Sequence record: MZ501268.1
Length of the DNA stretch: 64,000 nucleotides
Direction: 5' to 3' (one strand)
Below, in pieces: positions 18,192 through 28,751 of the stretch (the first letter of the stretch is position 1; each line of letters begins with the position of its first letter). A program made the position numbers and the translations under genes. The notes under the pieces are model-generated. The model was not told where the DNA came from, made no database searches, and worked only from the letters and a program-made list of their open reading frames with translations.

Positions 18192-19166
18192 ATGGCTCAG
18201 CAGATTACCGTGGACGACGTTGTCTATCCATTCAACCCCCTTAATACCGTGGCCGGTGCCAAGGGTATTGTTGAGTCCCATACATTAACGCCTGCGAACG
18301 GTGTTAACTATGTGACGTTCATTCCACGCGCTGCGCCATTCTTCCGCCGGACAATGGTGCTGAAGAACAAAGCCAATAACCAAGTGTTAGTGGAAGGTCA
18401 GCATTATACCCTCGGGTACTTCTTCTCTCCTTTCACACAACTGGTCTATAAAGGTGTCTATGGGTGTATTACCGTTAACGAACTGGATGCACCGATTGAA
18501 GTTGAGATCACCTACGACACCATCGGTGGTGACTTTGTTCTGGACGCTACCGGTTATGCGGAGTTGGCAGCGAACATCGTCAACAACCCACGTGAGTTGG
18601 ATTGGTCGCAGATTGCTGATACTCCAGATACATACCCGCCGATCGATCATACCCATCCGGCTGATCAAACCCTGAACTACATGGATTACGTTGAGCAATT
18701 GCAAGCAATGCAAGCGTTGACCGTATCTGCCATCACCGGGTATGTTCAAGCCCTGAATACCCACATCGATACCGAAGGCAATGCACACAACGCTAAACCG
18801 ATTGACTTCGGGTTAGGGAACGTCATGAACTGGGCACCTGCTGTATCTGCAGATATCCCAAGTGGTGGTGCGACCTTGTATGCATCGCTGGCAATCGTCA
18901 AGCAGACCTTCCAGTACCTATTCGGTGGAGCAACTGTACCGGCATTGAACAGCGCCATCATTGATGACTATATTAACGCTGAGTCAGTGTGTAAAACCCT
19001 GAACGTGTTAAATGAAGCATCACTGCTGACAACAGATGAGGTGACTAACCTGAACTTATGGAAGGTGTATCGCGCACAGATGTTGATCAAGGCGTCTACT
19101 GGCACCACGACCGTGCTGACCCCGCCTGATACCAACGCGGCCTTTGCGCGCCTGTTAGGAGTCTAA
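18192..19166 (+). CDS. tail-fibre N-terminal module fused to a Tfa-like C-terminus
   Basis: YPFNP..ESHTL..PRAAPFF..YDTIGG module; C-term EVTNLNLWKVYRAQM..TPP resembles tail fibre assembly chaperones. Confidence 0.6.
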   Translation: MAQQITVDDVVYPFNPLNTVAGAKGIVESHTLTPANGVNYVTFIPRAAPFFRRTMVLKNKANNQVLVEGQHYTLGYFFSPFTQLVYKGVYGCITVNELDAPIEVEITYDTIGGDFVLDATGYAELAANIVNNPRELDWSQIADTPDTYPPIDHTHPADQTLNYMDYVEQLQAMQALTVSAITGYVQALNTHIDTEGNAHNAKPIDFGLGNVMNWAPAVSADIPSGGATLYASLAIVKQTFQYLFGGATVPALNSAIIDDYINAESVCKTLNVLNEASLLTTDEVTNLNLWKVYRAQMLIKASTGTTTVLTPPDTNAAFARLLGV

Positions 19167-19167
19167 T

Positions 19168-20430
19168 ATGGCCAGTACCTTATTCCCTGACGTTGTCAGG
19201 TTAAAGTTTGATCGGTCGGGAGTGAGTGCGGATAACCATATCACCGATGACTACATCGACCTCCCAGCCCCAGGCTCGAATCGTGCGATCGTGTTAAAGC
19301 ACGGGACCTTCTACACGGACTCGTTGGTATTAAAAGACGACAGTGGGAACGTCTTGACCAAATGGGTGGACTATCAACCTGTTTGGCCATACACCCGTCC
19401 TGAGCTGAACATCGCTGAGATGACGGGCAAAGACAATGCTGCTTTTATCATGGTATTGAATGATGCGTTGACCGGTCGGGTTATTGCGGATTATCAAGCA
19501 GTAGGGATTACCAGCGGAATTGCTAACCGGGATCTGATCGACATCCTGAATGCGATTGCTAACGATGATCGTAAATACTACTGGGATGACATCTTTGATA
19601 AACCAGAGAAGTTCCCGCCGTCTCCTCACCTGCTGGATATTAAGGACACATTCAACTGGGCACCCATGACAGAAGCTATGGCTCGGTTTGTGAACTGCCT
19701 GAACAACCTCAGTCATCTACCCGACATCCAGGATTATATCGCGGAACTTGATGCGACGTATGCCGCAGGGATCACCCGACTTAATGGCGTGATGACCGCG
19801 TTTATTGCCCACCGTCGTGATTACAACAACCCGCATGTTGATGTCAAAACCAATATTGTTGATCTTAACAATGTTGATGATTTTGATATGGCGACTTTGG
19901 CTGAGACTATTGCCGGTACCGCAACCAATAAGTTTGTGTCTCCGTATAACGGCTCACAAGCGGCGTACAGTACATTGCTGAAGAACGATGGTTCACTGGT
20001 GCACGTTGACCGTGTGCCGATGGTGCAGTTCGGTGATCTCTCAACCACAGCTATTCCTTATACGGTTGCCGGGTTCGTACTGAACATCACTGCCGATGTA
20101 CCTGCAATGCTTGCTTCTCGTGAATTCACGTTAGCGAAGACTGCCATCAATCTGGCATCCTGGGTAGCAGCGCCAGCCAGCAAGACATTGTATCTGTATG
20201 TCCGGGTCCGTAACGGTCAGGCCAGCTATGAAGTCGCAGCTGCTGCGTCACCTGAAACCACCACCTACATCAACATTGGTCAGATTGTCACCAATGCGAC
20301 AGCGATCTCATCGGTTACGATCAATAAGATCTCAGGATTAGGTACGGTACGTGTTAATGAAACGAAAGTGGGTTCAGCTATTTCTGCGATCCCTGGTCTG
20401 CCTTCTCAGCCGGCGAATTTGAACTGGTAA
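19168..20430 (+). CDS. tail fibre-associated protein
   Basis: Shares the N-module (KFDRSG..HGTFY..DYQ..WDDI..KP..FPP..H) and the C-module (TLYLYVRV..INIGQIVT..SAIP) with neighbours. Confidence 0.7.
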   Translation: MASTLFPDVVRLKFDRSGVSADNHITDDYIDLPAPGSNRAIVLKHGTFYTDSLVLKDDSGNVLTKWVDYQPVWPYTRPELNIAEMTGKDNAAFIMVLNDALTGRVIADYQAVGITSGIANRDLIDILNAIANDDRKYYWDDIFDKPEKFPPSPHLLDIKDTFNWAPMTEAMARFVNCLNNLSHLPDIQDYIAELDATYAAGITRLNGVMTAFIAHRRDYNNPHVDVKTNIVDLNNVDDFDMATLAETIAGTATNKFVSPYNGSQAAYSTLLKNDGSLVHVDRVPMVQFGDLSTTAIPYTVAGFVLNITADVPAMLASREFTLAKTAINLASWVAAPASKTLYLYVRVRNGQASYEVAAAASPETTTYINIGQIVTNATAISSVTINKISGLGTVRVNETKVGSAISAIPGLPSQPANLNW

Positions 20431-20431
20431 A

Positions 20432-20465
20432 GGTGAGTGGGTGATACCCTCACCCACTTCCTTAT
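20432..20465 (+). terminator. terminator hairpin
   Basis: AGTGGGTG-ATACCCT-CACCCACT then TCCTTAT. Confidence 0.55.
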
Positions 20466-20483
20466 AACCCAGGAGAGGTTTCG

Positions 20484-23400
20484 ATGAACACCCCTATTTT
20501 AACGAAATACAAACTTGATACCACGGGCAAAGATCCCGAGAACTTAATTGGCGGTGAACGTCATACGGTTGCAGCTGGACCAAAGAATAAAATCTTCGCA
20601 GCGTACGAGGGGCCGTTCTTCTCAAACACCGCGAAAGTCCGTTTAGTGGATGGGAGTTACTTAGAACCTTGGGTCGACTTCCAACCGGTACATCACTTCC
20701 CTGAAGCGTCAAAGAAAACCGGCCAGTCATGCACCTGCTTTATCAAGATTCTAAATGAGTCGGTCAGCGGGGATGTCTTCCTGGAGTATCAGGTGGTTGG
20801 GGGTGACTACACCTTTAACAGTGTTACCCTTGAGAACTTACTCTGGGCAATCATCAATGATGAACGTTCGGTATTGTGGGATAACATCAATAACAAACCG
20901 GCTACCTATCCGCCGTCTTACCACATTCACGATATCTTCACGGACACGTATGGTTGGGATGACCGCATTGCTTTCAGTAACTGGGTGTCTGATTATTTGA
21001 TCGGTGGTGCTGAGGCACTGGATTATGTTGGTTTTACCAATAAAGTCAATGTCGTGCTGGATGAGCTTACCACCATTCAAACCAGCATCCTGGCACAGAT
21101 CGCTGCTCATGATGCTGAGCAGGATAACCCGCATGCGGATACCCGTAAGAAACTCGGCTACACCAAACTGCAGAACCTGGCAACAGCGACTGGTAACCAA
21201 CCGGTGGAAGGTCAGCGTACGGATCTGCGTTTAACGGTGAAAGGGGCGGAAGACATTCTGTCTGATGCGGTAGAAGGTTATGCGGTTAACTTGATCCATC
21301 AGGGTATCTTACCAGTAAGTCGTTTTGGTAACCTGAACTTCCTACAACCGGGGATCATCGGGTCGTTTGAAGGTGCGTCAATGATTGAGGCATTTGACCG
21401 TTATGCTCAGATGGTTGAAGCGGATGGTACCTTTGTGCGTCTACGCCCAGGAACCAATGGTGAATCGATCGCGTTGTATTACGATTACATCACCAACATC
21501 CACCGTAACCTCACCACCCCGAACCTGGTGAACACCAACAACAAATACCGCCCTGCTGGGTTAAACCAGGATTATCTCCCGGGACGTTTGTTTGATTGTC
21601 AAGGTGATATCTTAGCGGGGATCATGTACCGCACCTCAGCCCTGCCAGCGACAACTGATTACAAGGTGTTTGTAGCGATTACCAACAGCACCCTGGACAG
21701 CACAAAGCATAACTGTGCTGAGATCAGTAACCCAACGTTCACTTACGATGATGGGTCTACGGGTACTATCAAGACAGGTTGGACTGCTTTCTGTTTGGTC
21801 GGTGATCGTATTTATGTTGTTCATCATAAAGAGACCATCAACAGCGCCATCGAGAACGGGGTGATTGCAAACGGTGAGAACAACATCGTTCAGATCTATA
21901 TCGGGTATATATTGGTTGCGGATGTGATCAACAACGCATCGGTGACTATGACCCAGATCACTGGTTGGTCAACGACGTTTTTAGGTCAAACCCGTACGGC
22001 CGCTCGTAGCTTAAAGATCTGTGACCAGAACATCGGTAAGAGCTCTCAGCATGTGTTGGTGCGTTATGACGGGAATGCGTTTGCACGTGCACAGTATCGT
22101 TCCTGGTCGAACATGCAGACGAAGATTGCTGCCAATGCCGATGGTACATTGACCCTGACTACTGACTTCACGCTTAATGTTGACAGTAAAATCAATACCA
22201 ACGTGTTACAGTTCCCGTTCCGTCTGCAATTGAACCTGGCTAACAAAACAGCGACCATGCTGGATAACCTTCGTCCGTTCGTGATCGTGGATAGCGCCGG
22301 TGGGACTTTAACGGCAACGGTTAACACCAACAACAGCAAGCTGAACCTGCGTAACTGGCGTGGATCGGCTTACGATGAAACTGCCCTGGGAGCAGATTAC
22401 CACGGTAGTCGTTTCATCAGTAAGAAAGGGTATTCCATCACTACTGGGCGTTCTAACTCAGCCAACGTCGGGTTAGGGGTTGTGATCCAGTCAATCACTG
22501 GCTTTACAACTGAGCAGGAGTATTGGAAGAACCCGGCGGCATTCCCTGTGGCGGTAATCACCAACAAACCTGACCCAACCCAATACGGTTCAGCAGCACG
22601 GGGTAACTTGCGTGCACCGATTCTGTTCCCAAACAACCGGGTAGGTTTCTATACCTCGGATGCCAACTTCTCTTCTCGGTATGTGACCCAGCCGTTGATA
22701 GGGGATGGAACGTATTCGTATAAACTGGTCGGTGTTGGGACGTTACCGGGTTATCAACCCTCCAATGACCGCACTGCACCCACCAAAGCGGAACCTGACC
22801 GTGACATCATCACTGAGATCAATGGCAGTAATGTAGTAACCCATTGTCGTTGTATCAGTGAAGAAGTCCCTACCGGTGTGGCGAATGTGGATTACCTGTT
22901 GAATACCACAGGGGCGATCAGCACAGATCTGGCGTACCTGAAAGCCCAGAAGCAACGTTTGTTGACTCAGGCAGGGATAACTGCCACTGACTCAACCAGT
23001 TCGCTGTGGGTGCCTACAGACGCCGGTATGCCGTTGCTGTTAAAGGTCACTGGTTATACACCGGTTAATCCAACCACGGGTATTACCACAGCATTCACTA
23101 TGGTTGCATCGGTGACGTATGCGGGTACGAGGGATGGGGTGTTGTCAGGCTGGGTAGCGAACGTTGATGATCTGATTGTCAAATCACAGGAGGTTGGTAC
23201 AACCGGTTTGATCCGTCGACCTAAAGTGGTGGGGATGATCAGCTATAAGGTGGGGAATGAATACATCATTGCTTTAGGCGGCTCTCAGTGCCTGGTGACA
23301 TTAGGTCCTGCGAACAACCAGATGATGCTGTACATCAAGAGCACCAATGGCCGTATCTCAGGGAATGCTTCCCGGTTTGACTTCGTAGCCCCTTACGATG

Positions 23401-23984
23401 ACCTGTTGACCAACTCACCATTTGCACTGCCGGGTAAAGGTTTCTTTATCACCTACTCCGATACCAACTACAACATCCCAGTGGGTCCAGACACGCAAGC
23501 TGCTCAGGGTCCGTGTGCTATCGTCCTTGCCCAACAAGGCGAGAGTTACGATGCACTGATGAACTGGGGGATCACCGGTAAGACCGCCTCGGTGTTGATC
23601 TCGCAAACGGTTGAGCAAGGCTGGATCTTGTACTTTGCCGAAGAGATCCCAGTGATTCTTAATGGTCGTGAGTACACCATGGCAATCACCAGTGTGGACT
23701 TGCGTAACATCAAAGCATCTCCGGGCAATACCACCTACTACGTCTATATTGAAGTGGTGGATGCCTTAACGGCCAAGTACACCGTGTCGGCTACAGAGCT
23801 TGCTGCAACCACTACCCGGATGTATATCGGTCAGGTTGTGACCAACAGCTCACAGATCAATACCATCAATATCACCAAACGCTCAGGTATCAACAAATAC
23901 CAGATCTCGGCCACCAAGATGGGCTCGTCTATTCCGGTCTCTACCGGATTGCCGTTCCAGTCTGGTAACTGGAGTCAAGAGTAA
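20484..23984 (+). CDS. tail fibre protein (phiKZ gp145/146-like N-terminus)
   Basis: 1166 aa; N-module KYKLDTTG..NLI.GE.H..GPFF; HQGILPVSRFG..GSFEG middle; shared C-module. Confidence 0.75.
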   Translation: MNTPILTKYKLDTTGKDPENLIGGERHTVAAGPKNKIFAAYEGPFFSNTAKVRLVDGSYLEPWVDFQPVHHFPEASKKTGQSCTCFIKILNESVSGDVFLEYQVVGGDYTFNSVTLENLLWAIINDERSVLWDNINNKPATYPPSYHIHDIFTDTYGWDDRIAFSNWVSDYLIGGAEALDYVGFTNKVNVVLDELTTIQTSILAQIAAHDAEQDNPHADTRKKLGYTKLQNLATATGNQPVEGQRTDLRLTVKGAEDILSDAVEGYAVNLIHQGILPVSRFGNLNFLQPGIIGSFEGASMIEAFDRYAQMVEADGTFVRLRPGTNGESIALYYDYITNIHRNLTTPNLVNTNNKYRPAGLNQDYLPGRLFDCQGDILAGIMYRTSALPATTDYKVFVAITNSTLDSTKHNCAEISNPTFTYDDGSTGTIKTGWTAFCLVGDRIYVVHHKETINSAIENGVIANGENNIVQIYIGYILVADVINNASVTMTQITGWSTTFLGQTRTAARSLKICDQNIGKSSQHVLVRYDGNAFARAQYRSWSNMQTKIAANADGTLTLTTDFTLNVDSKINTNVLQFPFRLQLNLANKTATMLDNLRPFVIVDSAGGTLTATVNTNNSKLNLRNWRGSAYDETALGADYHGSRFISKKGYSITTGRSNSANVGLGVVIQSITGFTTEQEYWKNPAAFPVAVITNKPDPTQYGSAARGNLRAPILFPNNRVGFYTSDANFSSRYVTQPLIGDGTYSYKLVGVGTLPGYQPSNDRTAPTKAEPDRDIITEINGSNVVTHCRCISEEVPTGVANVDYLLNTTGAISTDLAYLKAQKQRLLTQAGITATDSTSSLWVPTDAGMPLLLKVTGYTPVNPTTGITTAFTMVASVTYAGTRDGVLSGWVANVDDLIVKSQEVGTTGLIRRPKVVGMISYKVGNEYIIALGGSQCLVTLGPANNQMMLYIKSTNGRISGNASRFDFVAPYDDLLTNSPFALPGKGFFITYSDTNYNIPVGPDTQAAQGPCAIVLAQQGESYDALMNWGITGKTASVLISQTVEQGWILYFAEEIPVILNGREYTMAITSVDLRNIKASPGNTTYYVYIEVVDALTAKYTVSATELAATTTRMYIGQVVTNSSQINTINITKRSGINKYQISATKMGSSIPVSTGLPFQSGNWSQE

Positions 23985-23990
23985 TCAGTG

Positions 23991-24018
23991 CGGGGGAGGT
24001 GACTCCCCCTTTCTTCTT
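23991..24018 (+). terminator. terminator hairpin
   Basis: GGGGGAG-GTGA-CTCCCCC-TTTCTTCTT. Confidence 0.7.
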
Positions 24019-24032
24019 TGAAAGGAGTTGCC

Positions 24033-27000
24033 ATGAGCAGCAACCTTGTGGTTGAACCAGGTAGCTGGGGTGAGTTCTATGCCTCGATTGAGTCACTGAC
24101 CTGGAAGTTACAAAACTCACGCTACTCTAAGTATGACCTGGCGACTGCCGTGGTGGTAAACTTAGCAGCGGATATTGATGACCTGGTTACCAGCGCTCAA
24201 TCACTATTAAGCACACACATCGCCCGTAAAGATAACGTTCACCAAACCAATGCCTTGCAGTTAGGGTTTGGGTTAGTGGACAACTATAAGACAGCAACCT
24301 TAACCCAAGCCGGTGAAGGCGGATACGATGATCTGTTCATCACCCCGCAGGGTTTCAATACCTTGGCATCTAAAGTGTTTGCTGACTTCGGGACCTCACT
24401 GCATCACCAGGGGATCAACCCGATCTCTTCTTTTGGGTCGTTGTCATTCTTACCACCGGATATCTCAGGGTCGTTTGAAGGCTCTGGTCAGCGCAGTGGT
24501 AACAGTTGTGGTCCGATGATCATTGAGGACGATGGTACATTGGTGGGTCTGCGTTATGGCACAACCGGTACGACGGAAGGGTTGTATTACTTCTATCTAC
24601 CCACCGCTGAAGACCGCATCGATTCCATGTCAGTGATTCGTACAAACTTTAAGTACGCACCTGCTAACCTGCCGGCCGGCGCCTACTGTTCGGATATTCT
24701 GAACAGCGAACCTGATGTGCTACTCGGAAAGATCACCGGGTCAAGCAGTTATCAGTGGTTTATCTCGATCACCAATGGTACGTTTGATGCAACGAAGCAC
24801 AACACCGCGTACTTCACCATCGCAACCGATCCGGATGTGAATAACCTGGGGCCATTCTCCACGTCGTTAATCATCAACGGGTATGTGTACATCTTCTCAA
24901 TGATTGATGATGGTTTGGGTGCAGTCCGTGAGATTGGTGGTGCGTTGTCTAATACCACGCCGGTGACCATGACCGTATGGCGTGTGCCAGTCAGCAGTGT
25001 TATCAATAACAACACCGTAACGTTAGAACGCATCACTAACTGGTCAACCAAAGACTTGTGGGGCGACACAACAACGAACGGGCGTATCCAGCTGGCCAAA
25101 GTGGCAGTCAGTGATAATGCGGCTGATAAACCTTACGTGTTGGGTGGTAGTACCGCCATTCGTCAGGTCAATACCCGCAACTCCCAGCGCCGTATGTTTG
25201 CAACTGTCGATCCAGGTAATGTCAACCAGATTCGTTTGGCATTTGCACACACCCTTTATGCGACTACCACAACAGGCAGCAGTCAGATGTTGATCGTTGG
25301 CATTAGTCTGCTGGTTAATGTGTCAGCCAAGACAGCGGTGGTGGAAGACGGTGCTGATTATACGCGGGTGGTGGTTAACGGTAATGCACTGACGTTAGTC
25401 GGTAACTCACTTATGGGCGACAGTCTGTTAACCGGCTGTCCCCTGGCAGGTAACTGGCACCCTAATGTGTTGGTGACCTCGCGTGGGTATCTGTTATCCC
25501 GTACCTCAGGTAACCAACCCGATGAGGACCCACGTTACACCAAAGGGTTGATCACCAACTTTACCACACGCTTTGCTGCATTGCGTTTACGGTATCGTCA
25601 GGTGCGTCAGATTGGCATTATGGATGATCCACTGGTTACGGGTACGGCGATCACCAACGGGTTCATGAAACCACAGATGTTAGCGGGCGGTTGCTTGTTA
25701 CTGACAGCTAACCCGTACAAAATACCACGCTACTATAGCTACGGTACGGTGAAACGTGTGTTGTGGACAGGTGACCCTACCTTTACCTACAACCTGACTT
25801 CTGGCGGCAACATAACCGGCTGGGCGCCAAACAGTAATCGTTCTGAAATCCCGGACGTTAATGTCCCACCCCGTAATCGTTTCTACCACATCATCACCCA
25901 GGTAGATTCTACCCAGGCCATTACTTCTAGCCCAGCGGTGTTATCTGAATCCAACACCAATGTCGGTGTGTCAATCGATGCTAACCTGAATATCACTGGG
26001 TCGATTACCTTTAGCCAGACTGAACTGAACAACGTGGCGAAAGCTGCGGTGCAGGTTGCGTTGGGTACTGCGCCTTCAGCGTGGAAAGGATTGATCTATG
26101 TTCCGCAGGATACTAACCTGCCATTGATCATGATGACGACGGGTGAAGTGTTGCGCGGTGACGGTGATGGTTATCGTGTTGCCATGTCGATGTCTGAGCT
26201 GAACTACACCGGGGCACGTACGGGGAATATCACCGGGTTTACATTTAAACGTGTGATCAACTCACAGATCAGTGAGCAACAACCCACCGGGTGTGTACTT
26301 GAACTGGCTGCACATGGCGGCTTGAACATTTACAAAACTGCGGCAGGGGATTACTTGCTGGGTGTGGGTGCGCCTACAACACACAGTACGTATGGCGGTA
26401 ACTACGGGTATGTGTGGTATGCTGCAGTGAGGGCGGGAACCAAGACCATCGAAGACAATACGGTGAAATGTTTCCACCACAGTTACTACCCGACAGACAG
26501 TAACCCAACTCCGGTTGCGATTCCTGGATTCGGGTTGTGTGTGATGGATTCCGCCACCCAGGTTGCTAACGCCACTGCGGTTATGGTGGTTGATGTCATG
26601 GCAGTCACGTATGAAGAGTATCTCACCTGGACATCAAAGCGTAAGTTGGTTTTGGCAGCACAGCAGGTAGAGCAAGGTTACCTCGTTTACTTCACGGCAC
26701 CCACCCAGGTGTTCATGGCAGGAAACGAATACACCTTACCAGCAGGGAATATTGATCTACGTAATGTGGTCAGTAACCCGGCCAGTAAAACGTTCTACGT
26801 GTATGTCCAGCTCGTCGATGAAGCGGTAAGTTATCTGATCACCACCGACCAGTTAGCCCCAACCATGACGTTGATGTACATCGGCTCAATCACCACCAAC
26901 ACCACACAGATTGCAACGATCGCGGTTGATAAACGCATTCGTGTGGAAACCTTTGAGTTGTCAGCCACCCATATCGGTTCAGGCATTCCTATCACGACAG

Positions 27001-27485
27001 GGGTTCCTACTACCACCGGTAACTTTGCTTGGCGTAATGGTTACTTGAAACTGATGAGCTTTGCAATACAGCTGGACTATAGCGGTATTGTGACAGTGAA
27101 TCTGAGAACGGGCGCGGTAACCATTGAGATGAGTGTCTCTGGTACACCACCAGATTCTGTGAGCAGAACAAGAACACAGACTGTCTGGTCTACGGGTGAG
27201 ACCTGGACACCTGGTCTGGTGGCACCGGGGACTGAAGCATCAGGGGCAAGCGATGCATTCAATACGTATGTGAGTACATCGAAAACCTTCCCAGCTCTGG
27301 CGAGGTCAAATATCGCAAGCAGTACTGCGCTTGCAGTTATGATGGGTAACGAAAGTAACCCAAATAACAAAGGCGCCTTTACTCAGCAACCAAGTGCGGC
27401 CAATGACTATACCCTTAAGTGGAAAGTCACTGACACACCGAGCGGTGCTGGTGAATACACCTTTGATCTGTATGTGAAATACTAA
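24033..27485 (+). CDS. tail fibre protein paralog with extra C-terminal domain
   Basis: ATG 24033 with AAGGAG; HQGINPISSFG..GSFEG and C-module shared with the 20484 ORF; ~150-aa extension after GNFAW. Confidence 0.75.
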   Translation: MSSNLVVEPGSWGEFYASIESLTWKLQNSRYSKYDLATAVVVNLAADIDDLVTSAQSLLSTHIARKDNVHQTNALQLGFGLVDNYKTATLTQAGEGGYDDLFITPQGFNTLASKVFADFGTSLHHQGINPISSFGSLSFLPPDISGSFEGSGQRSGNSCGPMIIEDDGTLVGLRYGTTGTTEGLYYFYLPTAEDRIDSMSVIRTNFKYAPANLPAGAYCSDILNSEPDVLLGKITGSSSYQWFISITNGTFDATKHNTAYFTIATDPDVNNLGPFSTSLIINGYVYIFSMIDDGLGAVREIGGALSNTTPVTMTVWRVPVSSVINNNTVTLERITNWSTKDLWGDTTTNGRIQLAKVAVSDNAADKPYVLGGSTAIRQVNTRNSQRRMFATVDPGNVNQIRLAFAHTLYATTTTGSSQMLIVGISLLVNVSAKTAVVEDGADYTRVVVNGNALTLVGNSLMGDSLLTGCPLAGNWHPNVLVTSRGYLLSRTSGNQPDEDPRYTKGLITNFTTRFAALRLRYRQVRQIGIMDDPLVTGTAITNGFMKPQMLAGGCLLLTANPYKIPRYYSYGTVKRVLWTGDPTFTYNLTSGGNITGWAPNSNRSEIPDVNVPPRNRFYHIITQVDSTQAITSSPAVLSESNTNVGVSIDANLNITGSITFSQTELNNVAKAAVQVALGTAPSAWKGLIYVPQDTNLPLIMMTTGEVLRGDGDGYRVAMSMSELNYTGARTGNITGFTFKRVINSQISEQQPTGCVLELAAHGGLNIYKTAAGDYLLGVGAPTTHSTYGGNYGYVWYAAVRAGTKTIEDNTVKCFHHSYYPTDSNPTPVAIPGFGLCVMDSATQVANATAVMVVDVMAVTYEEYLTWTSKRKLVLAAQQVEQGYLVYFTAPTQVFMAGNEYTLPAGNIDLRNVVSNPASKTFYVYVQLVDEAVSYLITTDQLAPTMTLMYIGSITTNTTQIATIAVDKRIRVETFELSATHIGSGIPITTGVPTTTGNFAWRNGYLKLMSFAIQLDYSGIVTVNLRTGAVTIEMSVSGTPPDSVSRTRTQTVWSTGETWTPGLVAPGTEASGASDAFNTYVSTSKTFPALARSNIASSTALAVMMGNESNPNNKGAFTQQPSAANDYTLKWKVTDTPSGAGEYTFDLYVKY

Positions 27486-27487
27486 AT

Positions 27488-27533
27488 CGGCATAGAGGGA
27501 GAGGCGTTAGCCCCTCCCTCGTGCTTTATGCCG
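27488..27533. terminator. bidirectional terminator
   Basis: CGGCATA-GAGGGAG(A)GGC-GTTA-GCCCCTCCCTC-GTGCTTTATGCCG between convergent genes. Confidence 0.85.
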
Positions 27534-27536
27534 TCT

Positions 27537-28475
27537 TTATACTGGACCGGATGTTTGTGAACCGCCCTTCTCGACACCACCGTGTAAGTGCCCTTTCAAT
27601 GAGATCCCGCCCGCAACAACATCCGCAGGAGTGCTTAAACCACCTGTTGTCTCAATGGTACCTGTGTGGGTGATGTTACCGTGGATGTTCACTCCACCTG
27701 GCGATGTGATGTCCGTGGTGTTGGTAACCAGGGTAAATGATTCATTGGCGTTGATCTGCATGGTTTGACACAACATCGTAATCATCTTCTGTGCCGTTAA
27801 CCGGAAGTTCTCTTGCGCAATGATTTCGATGTCTTTCTTACTCATGGTGATCAAACACTTGTCGGTGTTGGTAATCTGCCACATGGCATTTAAGGAATCT
27901 AATACCAGGTTGTTATCAAGATCATCTGCAATGGAGAAGAGCGCTTCACCAAAGTCGGCCTTGATAACATACTGGACTTGCTCCCCATTTGCCTTGGAGT
28001 TTGACATCATGAAGTGTTTTTTATGAGAGGACCATTCGATGAAGTACCAATCTCCTTCACTGATGTCTTTGTCATCACCGGTTGCCGGTGAGCCACTGAT
28101 GGCAATGATGATGGTCTCTAAACGACGCAGGTTGTCATCTAACCCGCTTTCGGTCCAGTAGTATTTGTCCTCATCCCCAATCTGCCAGATGACGACACGT
28201 TCACCTTTTACCACATCAGGTGCAGTAACGCGGTTAGAACGAAACGGGAACCAGGTTGCAGCGATAGTGGAGTCAGTCACCACTTTGTCTTGTACACTGT
28301 CACCTTTGGTGTTCTTGCCGTTATAGGTCATGACCTGCGGGTTGACTTCAGCCGAGCCTGACATCATCGGGGCGGTTTCACGCGGGATGACATGGATCTC
28401 TTTGGTATTGGTTTCCTTTACAGCGGCTACCACACCCATCGAATAAAACTTCAAGACGGAAATATTACTGGCCAT
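27537..28475 (-). CDS. baseplate central spike (phiKZ gp164-like)
   Basis: OB-fold-like N-terminus, beta-helix-like T/I-rich repeats, C-terminal ISLKGHLHGGV HxH metal motif as in P2 gpV-type spikes. Confidence 0.85.
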   Translation of the reverse strand: MASNISVLKFYSMGVVAAVKETNTKEIHVIPRETAPMMSGSAEVNPQVMTYNGKNTKGDSVQDKVVTDSTIAATWFPFRSNRVTAPDVVKGERVVIWQIGDEDKYYWTESGLDDNLRRLETIIIAISGSPATGDDKDISEGDWYFIEWSSHKKHFMMSNSKANGEQVQYVIKADFGEALFSIADDLDNNLVLDSLNAMWQITNTDKCLITMSKKDIEIIAQENFRLTAQKMITMLCQTMQINANESFTLVTNTTDITSPGGVNIHGNITHTGTIETTGGLSTPADVVAGGISLKGHLHGGVEKGGSQTSGPV

Positions 28476-28548
28476 AGCAAACCCTAATGTTATTTTTTAC
28501 GTAATCCGACCATTGTATAACCCAGACCGAATTAACAGGAATCGATAA

Positions 28549-28740
28549 ATGAATGATGTCTTCTTTATTAACGCAGAACCGAAACCACTTCCAGAGTGGT
28601 TAACTCAGGCGATTCTTGAAGGACGCGTTATCGTACGCAGCGATTCAACGAGTAACATTCCGTTTTATGTTGTTGACGGACAAGTCGCAACCCTCGGCGA
28701 AACCCTCATTTATGACGGGACGAACATCACTATCAACTAA
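28549..28740 (+). CDS. small hypothetical protein
   Basis: 63 aa, CAGGA RBS, precedes SbcC. Confidence 0.55.
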   Translation: MNDVFFINAEPKPLPEWLTQAILEGRVIVRSDSTSNIPFYVVDGQVATLGETLIYDGTNITIN

Positions 28741-28751
28741 CGGCGCACATC

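Noticed and set aside
18192-27485. Diversity-generating retroelement or invertible shufflon acting on tail fibres
   Set aside because: Repeats are at protein level only; no near-identical DNA repeats, reverse transcriptase or invertase in the window.
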